From: Macrostomum lignano | Lineage: Eukaryota | Assembly (NCBI GenBank): GCA_002269645.1 | Contig: NIVC01002865.1 | Location: 1 to 64,000 of the forward strand | Length of the DNA stretch: 64,000 nt | Direction: 5' to 3' | Part shown: positions 62,701 to 64,000 of the stretch, one piece after another | Numbering within the stretch: position 1 is the first letter of the stretch | Layout: every line of letters starts with the position of its first letter | Notes under the pieces: generated by a model | The model's database searches: none | Told to the model about the DNA's origin: nothing | Seen by the model: only the letters and a program-made list of their open reading frames with translations | Program-made: the position numbers and the translations under genes

Positions 62701-63270
62701 TCGCCCACCTCCCTCCAACGCTTTCGCTGTCCAATAAATAAGCTTCAATCATGTCACGTGACTTAGCCAGTCGCCCACCTCCCTCCAACGCTTTCGCTGT
62801 CCAATAAATAAGCTTCAATCATGTCACGTGACTTAGCCAGTCGCCCACCTCCCTCCAACGCTTTCGCTGTCCAATAAATAAGCTTCAATCGTGTCACGTG
62901 ACTTCAGCAAATCACCCACCCCAGCTCTTCTACTCAATATTTTACAAGTCTCGCACCAGATCACGTGACCATAAAAGCTATACGCCGCCCACCCACCTCC
63001 CTTCCCCCTTCCGTCTGTCTGCCCAGTCGGACCTGATTGGCCAGTGCCTATTAGACTTGGTGCACCCGCGAGACGCGGATCTAGTTCGTCAAGAGCTGAC
63101 TGTGCCGGATCTGCCCAGCCTTCAACAGCAGCAGCAGCAGCGCCAAGGCTTCTCCACCGACAGGCTGGGCAGCTGCGGGCTTCGTCGGAGATTCTTTTGT
63201 CGATTTCGGCATCCCGGCGGATCGGCAGCTGGCGGCGGACTGCTTGGGGTCGCTTCGAAACGCAGGGGCG
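59762..63270 (+). CDS. bHLH-PAS transcription factor, BMAL1/cycle/ARNT class; 5' exons, gene continues past the window
   Basis: Exons are 59762-60123, 60659-60733, 61347-61587, 62239-62346 and 63027-63270, with consistent phases. bHLH: NHSEVEKLRRDRMN...KLDKLTVLRLAAQHIK. PAS-A: GFLLVVECDRGRIL, DLIGQCLLDLVHPRD and RRRFFCRF. Confidence 0.9.
60845..61240. repeat. 14-bp minisatellite (GATGGCGATTCCCT)
   Basis: Direct reading; intronic. Confidence 0.92.
61686..62160. repeat. 12-bp minisatellite (CAGACACTGAGA)
   Basis: Direct reading; intronic. It is the source of the QTLR ORF. Confidence 0.95.
62400..62905. repeat. 70-bp minisatellite, about 7.5 copies, each with a GTCACGTGAC E-box and CCAAT
   Basis: CACGTG occurs at 62404, 62475, 62545, 62615, 62685, 62755, 62825 and 62895, with one more at 62962. 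Confidence 0.96.
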
Positions 63271-63844
63271 GTGAGTTTTGGTCGCCCGGGGAGGGGTGAG
63301 GGAGAGGGGGAGAAATGAGATGGAGAGAGCTGGAGAGTAAAAGTATAATGAAGGGGGAGGGAGAGGAGAGTGAAGGGAGAGAGTGATGATAGAGTGATGA
63401 TAGAGTGAAGGGAGAGTGAGGGGAGAGTGAAGGTAGAGTGAAGTGCTAGGTGACAAAAGAAAACATGAATCTGTTAGTAAGTCATGTTTGGTCACTGTCT
63501 TCAGTATTTATACAGTGTTTATGTATATCAAAGTTTTCTTGCTTGAAGCCGAAGGCGCAGATGTTTGTTGGAGTCGAATAAGAGAACTTTGCTCACTGAC
63601 AGTTAAGGTTACAGCGCCACATAGATCAAAGCCAGCCGCCTGCTGTTATACAAATATTTAAGCTTAGAAACACAGGCTCTAAGCAACCAAAACTGAGCCA
63701 CTTTTTCGTCCTAAAGTTTGAACTTCGATTAGATGATATTGCATAAATGCAGATGTGCATGAAATCTCGTGGATAAACATCGGTTGTATCAACTTAACCG
63801 ATAAAAAACAAGGTACCAGGTACTTTATCACTACCATTTTGTGT

Positions 63845-63930
63845 CAGGAGCGCCATGATTGTGTCAGAAGTACCATAGTTGTGTCAGAAGTACCATAGTT
63901 GTGTCAGGAGTACCATAGTTGTGTCAGGAT
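63845..63930. repeat. 20-bp minisatellite, 4-5 copies (GTACCATAGTTGTGTCAGAA)
   Basis: Direct reading. Confidence 0.85.
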
Positions 63931-64000
63931 CCTGTTTGAGCGCGTGTGAGCGCGTGAGCGCGTGTCTGTGTACAGTATTGGCGCGCTTGTCTGTGCTCAG

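Overview
This is animal (metazoan) genomic DNA with GC-rich exons, GT/GC-AG introns and many short tandem arrays. A flatworm such as Macrostomum is a guess from the general style only. I reconstructed exon chains by hand for eight genes: a class A peptide GPCR (-), an intronless PP1-like phosphatase (-), an 8-exon oxalate:formate-antiporter-like MFS transporter (+), a small secreted protein (+), an 8-exon DC-STAMP-domain DCST1/2 (spe-42/sneaky-like) gene (-), RPLP0 (+), msrB (+) and the 5' part of a BMAL1/ARNT-type bHLH-PAS gene (+). Mobile elements include an EnSpm/CACTA-like transposon, an intron-containing Ginger (gypsy-integrase-related) DNA transposon, two hAT MITEs with 8-bp TSDs and tRNA-derived SINEs. 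Three results stand out, none visible in the ORF track. (1) Six plus-strand box H/ACA snoRNA candidates lie between 53.2 and 58.9 kb: four paralogs of a dual guide for LSU rRNA positions equivalent to yeast Psi2191 and Psi2314, and two U19/snR191-like RNAs. Only one sits in an RPLP0 intron; the rest flank msrB. (2) A hAT MITE carries a 28S rRNA fragment altered at the R2/I-PpoI site. (3) Nine CACGTG E-boxes sit in an intron of the bHLH-PAS gene itself. rRNA target sequences are recalled conserved eukaryotic sequences, not this organism's rRNA, and no database searches were run.
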